Assembly: GCA_964016885.1 (NCBI GenBank)
Contig: OZ024740.1
Location: 138,508,001 to 138,572,000 of the forward strand
DNA from: Eledone cirrhosa
Lineage: Eukaryota
Direction of reading: 5' to 3'
DNA: 64,000 nt
Position 1 is the first letter of the stretch; every line of letters starts with the position of its first letter. Made by a program: the position numbers and the translations under genes. Positions 36,466 through 49,805 of the stretch are shown here, piece after piece. Below the pieces are notes generated by a model. It did not search any database. It had not been told where the DNA came from and saw nothing but the letters and a program-made list of their open reading frames with translations.

Positions 36466-37342
36466 CGAGGTGTGTCAGAAAAGTTCCAGGACTGATATCA
36501 CAAAAGATTTATTTCAAACCCAAACTTCACCGCAAGAGTTTTCTCCTTCAAAGTAATCTCCTTGGAGTATGTAACTGTAATCTTAGCTCTCTGCAGCGAT
36601 CAAACTTTTTTCTTCATAATTTTATATACATGTCCTCTGTTTCAGGTCGTCAAGCAATGAGCACAGAGCAACGAACACCCTTGAAAACTCTGTCAGAAGC
36701 ACTGGGATTGCTTCAGCAAGTGTAAGGAGATGTTTTTGAGTGGTGCAAGAGGTTTAAAGAAGGACGCGAGGACGTGGAAGATGACCCCCAGGAGCAGAAG
36801 GCCCTCAACAGCCAGGACTGAGGTCAACGTTGAGCGCGTCAGGCAGATGGTGCGTAGCGATCATCGGCTGACTGTTCGACTGATGGCAAATGAGCTGGGC
36901 ATGAATCGGGACAGCGTCTGGAAGATTCTCACTGAAGATTTGGACATGCGGAAAGTCTGCGCGAAGATGGTGCCAAAACTGCTAAACGATGACCAGAAGG
37001 GTCGACGCATGCAAGTGTGCCAGGACATCCTCGAGCGTCTTGAAACCGAACCAGACTTGCTAGGGACAGTCATCACCGGTGATGCGTCATGGATCTTCGA
37101 GTACGACCCGGAGGGGATCCGTTTTGAAAACGTGGACGACATCAAAAAGGCCGTGACGACAGAAGTGCGGAGGATCCCGGAAGAATCCTTCCAGGTTGTG
37201 CATGCAAGCGTGGCAGAAAAGGATGGAAAAGTGCATTAGACTCCAGGGGGATTACTTTGAAGGAGAAAACTCTCAGTGTGAAGTTTGGGTTTGAAATAAA
37301 TCTTTTGTGACATCAGTCCTGGAACTTTTCGGACCCACCTCG
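36466..37342 (+). mobile_element. Internally deleted mariner DNA transposon
   Basis: About 65 bp TIRs (cgaggtgtgtcagaaaagttccaggactgatatcacaaaagatttatttcaaacccaaacttcac and its reverse complement) with a TA duplication on both sides. Confidence 0.93.
36730..37239 (+). pseudogene. Mariner transposase remnant
   Basis: SRRPST, HRLTVR, KVCAKMVPKLL (WVPHEL equivalent), VITGDASWIFEYDPE joined straight to GIRFENVDDIKKAV; most of the catalytic core is deleted. Confidence 0.88.
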
Positions 37343-37581
37343 TATATTGATGCCCTAAGGACACACACGCGTTTCTGGGAGACGTAGCCCATGGCGACGA
37401 TGATTAAGGACAAAGACCGCTGGAGAGAAATCGTCCATGGATCTCGGGAATTTTACCCGCTCTAGATAGATAGAACGATATATATATATATATTTTTTTT
37501 ACCCATGACTCTTGATGGAGTCGTAGTTTCTTGGACATTTAAAAACCTAACGGAACCCATCTCCTCTTCAGAGGATTTCTT

Positions 37582-37674
<93 letters not shown>

Positions 37675-37959
37675 ACGATAAATAGATATAGATGAAGAAT
37701 CGACCCCAGTAATGGGTAATGGACTGGTACATGATCGAGCATTGTAAGTCGAATTGTGTAGGCAGGAAATGTAAACGTGCGTCGGATTAATTGCTAGATA
37801 ATCAGGAGTAAAGCTGTTTAATATTGTCGACCACGGCAGATTAGTTTGATGCATCACTTTGCGCTTACGTGTGTTATTTTCTGATTTCCGCCTTTTGCCT
37901 GTGACCCACTTACATGTATGTTAGGTAGCATAAGATAAACGGGAAAAGGAAACGTGCTA

Positions 37960-38230
37960 GAGAAACGTGCAAGTGACTGAGCATTCCACAGGCATGTGCA
38001 CCTGTAACGTAATTCTCAGATTGATTCAACGCGATGTAGTGGATGGCATGGCCGGCCCTTTGAATTACAAATATAATCCATTCGACGAGCTTCAACTGCA
38101 CTGACAAGGCACGGGTCTACTCGAAACTATGGTAATTGTCACTTATCCAAGAAGCTACGCTGTAGAATCGAACTCAGAACCTAATAATTGCAAAGCGAAC
38201 TTCTTAACCATTCGACCATGCTACGTCTAC
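37960..38230 (-). mobile_element. Decayed tRNA-derived SINE
   Basis: Reverse complement head tggttaagaagttcgc..ggttctgagttcgattc then cttggataagtgac. Confidence 0.55.
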
Positions 38231-38339
38231 GGAGGACAGATGGACAGAAGGACCCCATGTAGATGATCAGAGAGGCAGACAGAAGGACAGACAATTACGT
38301 ACAGAGATATGTAGGCAAAATAAATGTAAGATAGATATG

Positions 38340-40452
38340 TTTCTTTTATTTGCCACTAGGGCATCAAAAGTGGGACAAGTACAAAGGGGGGAGTTTACAC
38401 AAAAAGGCGTCCTCAATGAGGAGGAGGCAATAACAAAATATAAAAATAAAATAAGATATAACAAAAAATAAAATTTTTAACAAAATCCTCAATAGAGAGG
38501 AGGCGCCTTGGGGGGTCGCACACACCCCCGAAAAAAGTGTGCAACCCTTCTCCTCAGGAGCACAGAGAAGGGGTGCTCCCTTGGTCTTTCATCTTCCTCA
38601 CCTATAGTCTGATGTAGAGTGAAGGCCCATTCACACGGGCCATTCTCGCCACTTTCACCCATCTTTCATAGAAACGGCTGGGGTGCAGCACCTCTCTCTC
38701 CATCCTGATCCTTCTTCCGAAATGATATCGGAAGAAACGGACCAGTTGTTGGCCAGAGAGAAAGGTGCCTGACCTCAGTCCTTTCAGACGCGTCCACCAT
38801 ACAACCTCTTTCGCCATGGCTATTACGCACAGAAACACCGCCTCTGCTTCATCTTTGAAGGGGGGAGGCGGCTTGATCATTACAATAGACTCGGTGGTCA
38901 ACCGGATCGGTCCCACCCTTGACAGCAGTTGTTCGACATAGCCCCACAGATCGGCTACGCCCGAACAGTGTACCAATGCGTGTGCAACGGTTTCCTCGTC
39001 GCACACGCATCTGGGACAGATCTTTTTGGCGGGGTCCCTACCCGGGCGCCCGTGTCTGTAGAGCCTTTCTCGAACGGGTAAAGCCCCTCGGTAGCACTGC
39101 CAGGCCAGGGACTTCTGGAAATTGTCCATAGGTCCTGGGCTGAATGTCCTACCGAACAGGCTGGCCAGTTCGTCCTCCTCCATGTCTAGGGCTTCTCCGA
39201 GGGCGTCGTCGCACCTGCTGCGTACCAGCCCTCTATAGAATGTTGCGGTGGAGTCTCCACTGATAACCGGATCCGCCTGCCAGAGGGCGGTGAGCGCCTG
39301 GGCACACTCAGTGTGCCAGGCGCCCAGTTTTCTCGGTCTTTGCTTGACCCAGGATTGCAGCTCGGTGAGTGAGACGAGTCTGGGAAAGGTTCGTCTCACA
39401 AACGAGGCCCACACCGGTTGTCCGGTGAGGAATACGTAGAGGTGCCGTAGCCTTAATGCGTGTTTACGCATCATTAGCCACGGCATCCCCAGCCCTCCTT
39501 TCGAAGGGTGTTGACAGCAGATGGATCTCCTCACCATAGGAGCCCGCCTCTTCCAAAGGAATTGGAAGAGCGCGCGCTCCATCTTGGTGAGGGTTTCCCT
39601 TGGGCAGGGCACTACGGTCAGGCGGTAGTAGATGACGGACGCTATGTAGGTGTTCGCCACTTCCGCCCGACCTTTCAGGGATAGTTTGCAACTGGCCCAC
39701 TTCTGGGTCAGTGCAAACACCCTGTTCGTAACCTCCGCCCAGTTTTTCTCCACCTGGAGGTCCGGTCCGAACCAGACCCCGAGCAACTTCACCGGGCCCT
39801 CCGTCCAGCGTCCGACGACGCTATCGGAGGGCATCGGTCTGCCCCTCCACGTGCCGAGTTGCAAACCGATCGACTTGTCTCGGTTCAGCTTAGCCCCTGT
39901 GAACCTTTCGTACTCCTCCAGTAAGGTGCCGACCGCCTCGATTTCAGAGGCCGTCGACACCATTACTGTCACGTCATCGGCGTAGGCCGACACCGCTTTC
40001 CGCAATCCCGGTTCCAAGGGGATGCCCTGCAACAACTCCAACTTCCGCAGTAGTGGCTCGAGAGTCAACACATACAGAAGGGAGGAGAGAGGGCACCCTT
40101 GTCGGATGGACCGCGCGATTTTGAACGGCTCCGAGAGGTAGCCGTTCACCTTGACCCTAGAGCAGATGCGGCTGCTGTGCATAGCAGTGATCCAGCCCCT
40201 GAAAACGGGTCCGAAGCCTGCCGCCGCTAGCACCGCATCCAGGTAACCATGGTCGACCCTATCGAACGCCTTAGATTGATCCAAGTTGATCAGAGCCCCA
40301 CCAAAGCCGGGTTCGTTCCCAACCCTCTCTATGATGTATCGCATGAGGTGGAGGTTGTCATGGATGGACCTGGACGGGATAGCGCATGTCTGCGCATCTC
40401 CCACCAGGTTGCCCACGACAAGCGCCAACCTCTTTGCTAGCACCTTGGCCAA
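38340..40452 (-). mobile_element. 5'-truncated Tx1 LINE copy 3 (GATA-type)
   Basis: Homologous to copy 2 from LAKVLAKRL to the 3' end gtggcaaataaaagaa; GATA/GACA-rich flanks. Confidence 0.95.
38602..40452 (-). pseudogene. Tx1 ORF2 RT and C-terminus, uninterrupted reading frame but 5'-truncated
   Basis: ORF 38602-40521; the first 23 aa derive from flank; contains AYADDV and CPRCVCDEETVAHALVHC. Confidence 0.92.
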
Positions 40453-40574
40453 ATAATCAGGCAGATAGACAGATCGACTAGGTATATAAAAGAACACAGT
40501 GATTGCGAGACTTGTGTACACTCAGTCACAAATGGAGGCAGATAGGTGGATGGATAGACAGGTAGATAGATTTA

Positions 40575-43500
40575 TTTCTTTATTTGCCACAGGGGCACAA
40601 AAGATGGGGACAAATACAAAGTGGGGAGTTTACATAAAAGCGTATAAAAATAGAACTAATAAATAAATAACAAATAACAATTGAAGTCCCCAATAGGGAG
40701 GAGGCGTTACACATGGGTTGTACACACCCCGAAAAAATGTACAACCCTCATCTCCAGGAGTGAGCGCTCCTTTCCTCTTTTTCCTCAACCTACAAGTTTA
40801 TATAGAGAGAAGGCCCAACCACTCGGGCCATTCTTGCCACATTCACCCACCTTTCGTAAAATTTGCTGGGGTGCAGCACCTCTCTCTCCACTCTGATTCT
40901 TCTTCTAAAGTGATATTTGAAGAAGCGAACCAGTTGTTCGGCGGAGAGAAAGGTGTCTGACCTCAGCCCTTTCAGTCTCGTCCACCATATAGTCTTTTTC
41001 ACCATAGCCATTACACAGAGGAAAACCGCCTCTCCTTCGTTTTTGAAGGAGGGTGGCTGCTTGATCGTAATAATGGACTCGGTGGTCAACCGGATTTGTC
41101 CCACCCGCGACAGTAGCCGTTCTGCGTAGCTCCACAGGTCAGCAACGTCCGGGCAGTGTTCGAATGTGTGCGCGACGGTTTCCTCGTCTCGCACGCATCT
41201 CGGACAGATCTTTTTCGAGGGATCCCTGCTCGGGCGTCCGTGTCTGTAGAGCTTGTCTAGAACTGGTAGAGCTCCTCGGTAGCACTGCCAGGCCAGGGAC
41301 TTTTGGAAGTTGTACATCGGTCCCGGGCGGAATGACCTACCGAACAGACTGGCCAATTCGTCTTCCTCTACGCCTAGAGTTTCCCCGAGCGCGTCGTCGC
41401 ACTTGCTGCGCACCAACCCTCTATAGAATGATGAGGTGGAGTCTCCACTGATCGCCGGGTCCGCTTGCCAGAGGACTGTGAGCGCCTGAGTACATTCAAT
41501 GTGCCAGTCGCCCATTTTCCGTAGTCTTTGCTTGACCCAGGACTGCAGCTCCGTCAGCGAGACGAGTCGCGGGAAGGCTCGCCTCACGAACGTGGCCCAC
41601 ACCGGTTGTCCGGTGAGGAATACGTGGAGGTGCCGCAGCCTGAGCGCGTGTTTGCGCATCGTCAGCCACGGCATCCCTAGCCCTCCGTTTGAAGGGTGTT
41701 GACAGCAGATGGATCTTCTCACCAAATGAGCCCGCTTCTTCCAAAGGAATTGGAAGAGCGCGCGCTCCATTTTGGTGAGCGTTTTGGCTGGACAAGGCAC
41801 GACGGTCAAGCGATAGTAGATGATGGACGTTATGAAAGTGTTCGCCACCTCCGCTCGACCTTTCAGGGATAGTTTGCACTCGGCCTACTTCTGGGCGAGC
41901 GCAAACACCTTGGCCGTCACCTCGTTCCAGTTTTTCTCCACTTGGAGGTCCGGTCCAAACCAGACCCCGAGCAGCTTCACTGGTCCTTCTGTCCAGCGTC
42001 CGACGACGCCGTCGGAAGGCATCGGTTTGCCTCTCCACGTTCCGATTTGCAAATCGATGGACTTGTCCCGGTTCAGCTTCGCTCCTCTGAACCTTTCGTA
42101 TTCCTTCAGTAAGATGCCGACTTCCTCGATTTGCGAGGTGCTCGACACCATTACTGTCACGTCGTCGGCAGTCCCGGTTCCAAAGGGATACCCTGCAATA
42201 GCTCCAACTTTCGCAGTAGTGGCTCGAGAGTCAGTATGTACAGAATGGAGGAGAGAGGGCATCCCTGTCGGATGGATAGCGTGATTTGGAACGGCTCCGA
42301 GAGGTAGCCGTTCACCTTGACCCTTGAGCAGATGTTGCTGTTGTGCATTGCAGCAATCCAGCCCCTGAACACGGTACCGAAGCTTGCCGTCTCGAGCACC
42401 GCATCCAGGTAACGATGGTCAACCCTATCGAAAGCCTTAGACTGATCCAAGTTGATCAGAGCCCCACCGAAGCCGGGTTCACACCCTACCCTCTCTACAA
42501 TGTATCGCATGAGGTGGAGGTTGTCGTGTATGGACCTGGTCGGGATTGCGCATGTCTGCGCTTCTCCCACCAGGTTCCCGACGACAAGCGCCAGCCTCTT
42601 TGCTAACACCTTGGCCAAAATCTGTAACTCTGTTTAGCAGAGTTATGGGCCTGAATTTACCTATGTCATCCCCCTTATTTTCGTCCTTCCTGACTAGCAT
42701 GAGTACGCCCTTGGTCACAGAACTGGGAATTCTCTCGTTCTGCTGCTAGTTGCAGTAGACCACTTCGAGGAGACCGGAGAACAAGTTCGGCATTGCTACA
42801 TGAAATTCGTAGGGTAGACCGTCGAGAATGGTGATTTGCGTTTGCCGCATTGGCTCAGCGCGTCCCCTATCTCAGCGGCCAAAATCGGTCTTTTGCAGAA
42901 CTTCGCCTCCCCGTCCGAGAGTCGCGGCAGGCCCTCGAGGTAGGGTCCGAAATTCATAGCCTCTCCCTGCGCGTCACCCCTCCCGAACAGCTGTGAAAAG
43001 TGCCACTGAAAGGCCGCACACATCTGCTCCGGTACAAGTATCACGCGTTCATCTTGGTCCTTCAAAGACCGAATCATGAACTTGTTGCCCCTTTTCGCCT
43101 CTGTCACTCGGGCCCAGCTAACAGCTTTGGCTCCCCCGTTTCCTAGAGCACGTGTTTTACTCCTGATAACGCAGCCTTCGTGTTTTGAGTCGAAGAACTG
43201 GTCCAAGGCCGTTCTTGTCGCTAGCACGTTAGCTACGCTGCCACTCCTAATCGCCTCTTCTACTTTATCAACCAGTTCCATTTCTGTCTTCTTCCTATCT
43301 AACGCTAATTCCTTACTAAAGCCTATCGATTCTAATCTAATTGTTCTTTTGAGATAGCTCCACCACCTTTTGTTGACAATTGCCCCCGTCAACTGCTGCT
43401 TAACTAAAGTGCTAATCCGTCTACTGTAGGCTTTGCATGTCGGTAACGACTAGTTCAGCTTCCAGTAGCCGGGTCCCTGCCTATGGGTTCTATCAAGGTT

Positions 43501-43680
43501 GACTATGCAGGTCACTAGTTTGTGATCTGAATAGGCAACCACGAACATGTGTGGACAGATTAGCATGTCCCTATCCCTATCCCTAATTAGAAACCTATCT
43601 AAGTACGATCTAGATGTCCCGCTACGGTTTGTCCACATCCACAGTGGCGCAGTCGGGAAGTCTAGTCGGTATCTATCGGC
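40575..43680 (-). mobile_element. 5'-truncated, frameshifted Tx1 LINE copy 4 (GATA-type)
   Basis: ORF pieces 43450-43638, 42796-43392, 42157-42618, 41885-42262 and 40790-41848 tile ORF2; a small deletion precedes ADDV; 3' flank ggtagatagat. Confidence 0.93.
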
Positions 43681-43959
43681 TAGTTAGTCATATTGTCAGA
43701 AAACCAAACAGCGAAATATGACCAGATAAAAGACTGAGACAAATAGATAGATATGCACACACATAAACTGATATACCGGCGCATACAAAAACAAGAGTCA
43801 GACAGTCTGGAGAAACAGACACATAAAATAATTTCATTGTTTATTGAGATGTTTCCCCCCAATTATGACATATATATAATGCATGTCAAAAAAGCAGACG
43901 ATCAAGATGGCAGCTCTGCCAGAGGTAAAATAAATAAATAGAAAACAATCGATTTGAAC

Positions 43960-44170
43960 CAGAGTGGGAGCTTCTATCGTCGCTCGGCTAGCTTAAAATA
44001 GTAGCCATATCTTCCGCAAATTAAATACTTCTGACGTCAAAAGCGATGGACATGTTGGATAATACAATTCTAGTTAATTCATGTTTGAAAAAAAGTAAGA
44101 ATTGGATGGTCACGAATGGGACGCCTTTGATCGTATGTCTGCTCATTCGAGCTAACTTACGCTTAATAAC
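43960..44170 (-). repeat. Repeat family D copy
   Basis: gctcggctagcttaaaatagtagcc..ggatggtcacgaatgggacgcctttgatcgtatgtctgctc. Confidence 0.55.
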
Positions 44171-44232
44171 AATAACAATTATATTCTCACCTGCTCTCAG
44201 AAAACACTGTCCAATTCTCTACACCTCTTTAT

Positions 44233-44263
<31 letters not shown>

Positions 44264-44274
44264 GACACACAAAC

Positions 44275-44350
<76 letters not shown>

Positions 44351-44573
44351 CATATATATATTAAAAAATGATCAGTCTATTTTTATGAATGCTCGGAATG
44401 TAAAGAATTGGGGAGCTATGGGGGCGGGGATTTTGTGGGTGGAAGTAAGGTGGAGTTGTGGTAAGGGTTAATGGTATGAAGTAGACAAACGTCTATAATA
44501 CATATATACATATACATATATGCCTACGTCTGTACTCTTAACTCTGATCTGCAATTAATGTCACCGAAGTCTA

Positions 44574-44623
<50 letters not shown>

Positions 44624-44977
44624 GTATATATACATACCCACACACACATCTATATATATGAATGTGTGTGTGTACAGTCGGAAATCTAACAGTGATTCAA
44701 GCTGAGACGTAATTAGACAGACACATAGAGACAACAGGCCAGGCAGTGAAATGTGCGTGTTTGTGGATATGAATGTGCTTGTGTGTGTGTGTGTGTGTGT
44801 GTATGTGTGTGTGTGTGTGTGTCTACACGCACAAAGAAAGAGAGAGAGAGAGAGTGGGGGGGGGTAGAAAATAGAGAACTAGAGAGAGAGATGGATAGAT
44901 AGGTAGCCAGATAGACAGAAAGTTTATACACTCACACATATATGTATGTCTCTTTCTCTCTCTCCCCCTCTCTCTCT

Positions 44978-45015
<38 letters not shown>

Positions 45016-45086
45016 ATCTACCTTATTTCAAATAAAACAGTTAATTCATTAAATTTAATATCATTCCTTATTTAACAACCTATTAT

Positions 45087-45131
45087 TTTATGCTGATGAC
45101 GTACAAAATATAGAAACAGGCTGTCTATAGA
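45087..45131 (+). ncRNA. Decayed type I hammerhead ribozyme, just after a TA tract
   Basis: tttatg CTGATGA cgtacaaaatata GAAA caggctg TC tataga; core intact, stems I and II weak. Confidence 0.5.
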
Positions 45132-45409
45132 TATGGGACAAATATGAAATATTAAACCTCAACTGTATAAACGACATAGCATTGCTTAATAATTTATAGC
45201 TGCTTTCCTCTTATACGAATAATGGATGAACCAATGATTAAATTGCTTATACAGAGAAATACAAACGTGTCAATCACTATAGGGACAGGCCTCATTCCAA
45301 TGACGGTAATTATAGTGTGATGTATTTACAGACGTACTAAAAGAACACGATAAGACTACGTAGGTGCACCTCGTTAGGGATAGAACACACACATGAAATC
45401 TGGCTACTA

Positions 45410-45515
45410 TCCGAGGTTAACTTTGCCTTTCATCCTTACGGGGTCGATAAAATAAAGTACCAGTAATGCGCTGAGTAATTGCTGGCCTTGTGCCAAAAAG
45501 TAGAAACAATTATAT
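45410..45515 (+). mobile_element. SINE family A 3' half
   Basis: ccgaggttaactttgcctttcatccttacggggtcgataaaataaagtacc..gtagaaacaattat. Confidence 0.88.
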
Positions 45516-45868
45516 TTTAAAGAAAACTAGGATGGAAAACTTACTCAGTACTTGAATTCTAATTTGAAATAATAGAAATTTTACCATCTAAGTAAGTTTT
45601 TTTACTTGTTCTTCGATCTTTCTTTGGCAATGCATCTATGTCTATATATATGTATGTATATGGATGGTAAGAATCGACCTTATAACAACTTTTCTCTCAG
45701 ATCTTCTTATACCATTGCGTCTGTGTAATTGTACAAACACACATAATGTGGATACATTTCTCTAGACAACATCTTACCCTTGAATTTATATATATATATA
45801 TATATATATATACAAAATATAAAACAATCAAATTTTTGCTTAATGCAGATGATCAATATATATATACT

Positions 45869-45991
<123 letters not shown>

Positions 45992-46809
45992 ATGTATTTA
46001 TGTATAAAAACCAAGAGAAGGCGTTGAGGTTTTGAAAAGGTGAGAAGTCAGAAGAGTATGAGGAAGAGGAATAAGGTGAGGGGGTTACCGGAACAGAAAT
46101 ATGAATGGAGGACGGATTATTACATTGAATGGAATTCGTTCAATGTGATCTCCAGCTCTTACTCCCTCTCGACCTCTCTCCCACCTTCCCAATCTCAATT
46201 CCTCACAATTTCCTTTCTTTTCTCCCTTTCTCTCTCTCTTTGTCTCCCGTCCCCTCTCTCTACCCCATCCCTCCCCCTTTTCACCCCCTCTCTCCCTCTT
46301 TCATCTCCCCCACTCTCCCTAAACAACTACCACCTCCAACTCTGTCAATTATGGCAGTGAAAGTTGACGAGGTGACAAGTTGACAGTGTGACAAGGTGAC
46401 GACTATTGTCGGTAATGGTGGTGGTAGTAGTGGTGGTGGTGGAGGTAAAATATAATACGGAGTCTTTTTAAATGACAATTCTCAACCAATTTAGGGGGCT
46501 AATTAATTGGAAGGGTCGCATATAAACCTTGGAAACAAGCTGAAATAACTTTTATGTGAATTTTGATGGTGCGTGTTCGGAGTCAGAGAAACAAGAATAT
46601 ATGCAGATAGCAGTGGCTCGACTTACTAAAAACTGCAGTCAAAAACTACCTCAAATTGAGTGTAAAAATAGCAAAACACGGACTTCGCTCTCTTGCTCTG
46701 ATCTATCAACAAAATCCTAGACCTCATTACCTTTCCGTGTGGGGTGGACTTCGTCAAATCGGACCAAGGAAACAATGTTTCCATTTGTCTTTCCATTGCT
46801 GATACTATC

Positions 46810-46950
46810 TACCGATCGCAACTCCGGACAGAAGGAGCAACGTGAAATAAAGTGTTTTGCTCAAGGACACAACGCATCACAAGATCCGAGAATTGAACTA
46901 GCAACCTCACGATTGCGAATCCAGTTCTTTAACCACTAACACACGCGCAT
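46810..46950 (-). mobile_element. SINE family B 5' part
   Basis: ggagcaacgtgaaataaagtgttttgctcaaggacacaac..gaattgaactagcaacc..ttaaccactaa. Confidence 0.7.
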
Positions 46951-46984
46951 TCAAAACACGGACCCAGTTGTTGATAATTGTTTT

Positions 46985-47240
46985 AGTGAGCCAAGAGAGA
47001 ACCTCTGCGTGGCCGCTCGACACGTTAGAAATTGTAGCTTAAAATCCCTTCATATCACACACTACCATCTTAACAAAAAGAAAAAGGAATCCAATGACTC
47101 TCTACCACCTCCACCCCACCCCACCCCAAACAAAAAGGAAAGACACTTTGGGATAAAATGTAGTCATACATATATGAAAAATAGGGATGGTCCCAACTCG
47201 AACGCCTTCAATCGATCATCGAACCTGACCTAGAACTAAA
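46985..47240 (-). repeat. Repeat family D copy
   Basis: agccaagagagaacctctgcgtggccgctcgac..gggatggtcccaactcgaacgccttcaatc. Confidence 0.55.
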
Positions 47241-48689
47241 CAATCCCATCGCTTCTACCCACACCATAACCACCTCTACCACAACCACCACCAACAACAA
47301 CAACCATAATAGCAATAAAATCAGTACTAATTTTTTTATCACTTCCTTTGTTAATGTTTTTGGTGTTGGTCACACTAATTCACCCCTGTTTTGGAGATCG
47401 AAAAGTAAAGCGATGACCATAGTCAATAGAAATAGAATATGAAAGAGAAGACTAAATTATGATTCCTATCTTTCTGCAGTAGCGTTGCAGCACATCAAGT
47501 GGTTAGTATAAAATCAACTCTCTCGTTCTATAGAGGGTAAGTTGAGGATATGCTCTGGAAGCGATTCCGAGCATCGATTAGGAAAGTCTGAGTATTTCTG
47601 GAGGACTTTCATGTTGGGTATTTTGGGACAATTTTCTAAAATTCTTGGCCTTGCAGTACTACAAAGCGGGGCCTTATGACCTTTTCAATATAAACTTTAG
47701 ATATATTGACTGTGTTAGAGTCACCAGCAACCGACACGCATATTTTCCAGGTTAATGTCGAACAACTGTTATGACATACGGATCTGTCCTGAATATCGAA
47801 TCTCTACCTTTTTTTCGGCAAGGAAGAACGGGCAGTTTTCTGTGTGATAGATATGGTGGAAGAAGTTGTGTGGTAGATATAATTGAAAGGTTTACAGTCA
47901 CGACGTTTCCTCTCAGAACAAAGCCTCAGTAATTTCTTCAAGTACCTTTTTGTGGCAAAAAGAAAGTCTGATTCTCGTAGATCAGGAGGGTTGCTGTTGC
48001 GCTGTACTTCAGTACTGTGCATTGTAGAACGTTGATTGGCCACACATCATCATCCCGCATGCTTTCTGTATGCAGAGAGTCCATGACCACATTACACAAT
48101 GCGTCCTTTTCTATGACGACTATGTGGAATTTGAAGATTTAGCTGCTATTTCTAGTAGGTTGAACGATCAGGCAGAGGCTCCTGCGTTGGTTCATTTTTT
48201 GTGGTTTGATGGGGAGAGGTTAAGAGCCCCAAGTATGACCAGGAGTTTTGAGCACTGGGTGCGAACTCCTTTCAATATTCAAGGGAGCTGAGATTTTTTA
48301 GGGAAGGGGGACGTAAATTATTCGGGATGACGGGGCGGGGCTCCTCAGTTCAGTTCTCCAGGCACCGAACCGTTGTATAAGATAACTGCTTCACTTATAA
48401 GCCCTGTATGTGAAACTGAGTCGACGGAAACCGTTTGGAATATCATCGGATGACAGTACCTGTAATCCAAAGTTCTAGCATTGTTATACACCGTATCATA
48501 CTAAATCTCCCTGATAATTACGTTAAACCACGATGAAACTAATGCTTTATCATGGTCAAATGTGATGATACCTGCGATCGTTCGAAACAATTTTATACGT
48601 ATTTTTGCTTTTATTTTTACTGCTTATACAACTGCTGTTACTAATCGATGTTGTGAGGCGTTCCAGTTTTGACCACCACATTTTGTTGT

Positions 48690-49040
48690 TGTTTGCCCAT
48701 AGACAATTCCTAGTAGAGCAGGTATGTGATCAAAAGTCATTACAGTCGCGACCGTGCTTTTTATTATTAGTTCAAATCTCGCCGAAGTTATCTATGCCGG
48801 GGGTCGATAAAATAAAGTACCAGTAACGCACTCGTGTCGATTTAATCGACTTCCGCCCTTTCGCCAAATTGTTGGCTTCCTTCCTAAACCAGAAATCATA
48901 ATTTTTTTCTACTCATTAAGGTAATAAAGGTGATATTATCTAGTGTGTTAACTATAAAAGAAGGTAAACAGTGATTTGAAAGAGATTTGGCTGCTTTTTC
49001 TAGCTAATCGAGCGACCACGAAAAGTTCTCTCGCAAATAA
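48690..49040 (+). repeat. Family D pieces surrounding a family A SINE (48768-48900)
   Basis: D head gagcaggtatgtgatcaaaag, SINE agttcaaatctcgccga..ggggtcgataaaataaagtacc, D tail gagatttggctgctttttctagc. Confidence 0.6.
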
Positions 49041-49394
49041 TAGAATATGGTACACTGGTGTATATTATATGTAGAACAAAGTAATACGATATGGAGTGTG
49101 GTAGCTATGAAAGGGAGAAATAGGTAAGGGAGTGAGTGTGACGTGTGCATGTATGTGTGATCTGTGTGCGGATGTTTGAGTGATGTGTACATATGTAAGT
49201 GTATGTGGTTGTGTTTGTTTCTAAGGGCAGATAACCATTTTCTTTTAGAGTTATCCACCTTTAATTTTTTTCTTGTCTGCTACCCTGGTTGCCAATACAC
49301 GCACTGACACAGGCACAGACACACAGACACACAGACACACACACATACATACATACATACATACATACATACATACATACATACATACATACAT

Positions 49395-49425
<31 letters not shown>

Positions 49426-49493
49426 ACAGACACACACACTCATTTATATATATATGTATACATGTTATATGTTATATATATATATATACATAC

Positions 49494-49540
<47 letters not shown>

Positions 49541-49541
<1 letters not shown>

Positions 49542-49805
49542 TGTCAAATTATCCTGAGTTGGTTTACTCGTTGCTCTGGTCCTTGTGGCTGGCTCACCGG
49601 TCGCAGTCTTCACTTTGTCAAGCTTTCTAAACGTATGTTATTACTCTAAGTTGACACTACCTTATCGAGTGCTTTGCTCGATAAGGTAGTGTCAACTTAG
49701 AGTAATAACATACGTTTAGAAAGCTTGACAAAGTGAAGACTGCGACCGGTGAGCCAGCCACAAGGACCAGAGCAACGAGTAAACCAACTCAGGATCATTT
49801 GACAA
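49541..49805. repeat. 265 bp near-perfect palindrome (129 bp arms, 7 nt loop) in TA/CA microsatellite
   Basis: Arms 49541-49669 and 49677-49805 differ at one position. Confidence 0.97.

Larger units (their letters stand above)
36302..37462 (+). mobile_element. RTE-like LINE 3' remnant split by a mariner
   Basis: VDGCYTRMLRMALN at 36302; GPRLT|YIDAL rejoins across the mariner; KDKDRWREIVHGSR near 37410. Confidence 0.6.

Noticed and set aside
38602-40521. 639 aa ORF as a domesticated RT gene
   Set aside because: Its start is a GTG in flanking DNA, the element is simply 5'-truncated and close to sibling copies; an open frame is explained by young age.
47500-48050. Possible RTE-like remnant (IFQVNVE..YGS); similar hints at 8150-8400 and 9030-9400
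   Set aside because: Too degraded to call by eye.
49677-49735. Hammerhead inside the large palindrome (gaaagcttgaca)
   Set aside because: GAAA and a palindromic aagctt are present, but there is no CUGANGA in the right place.
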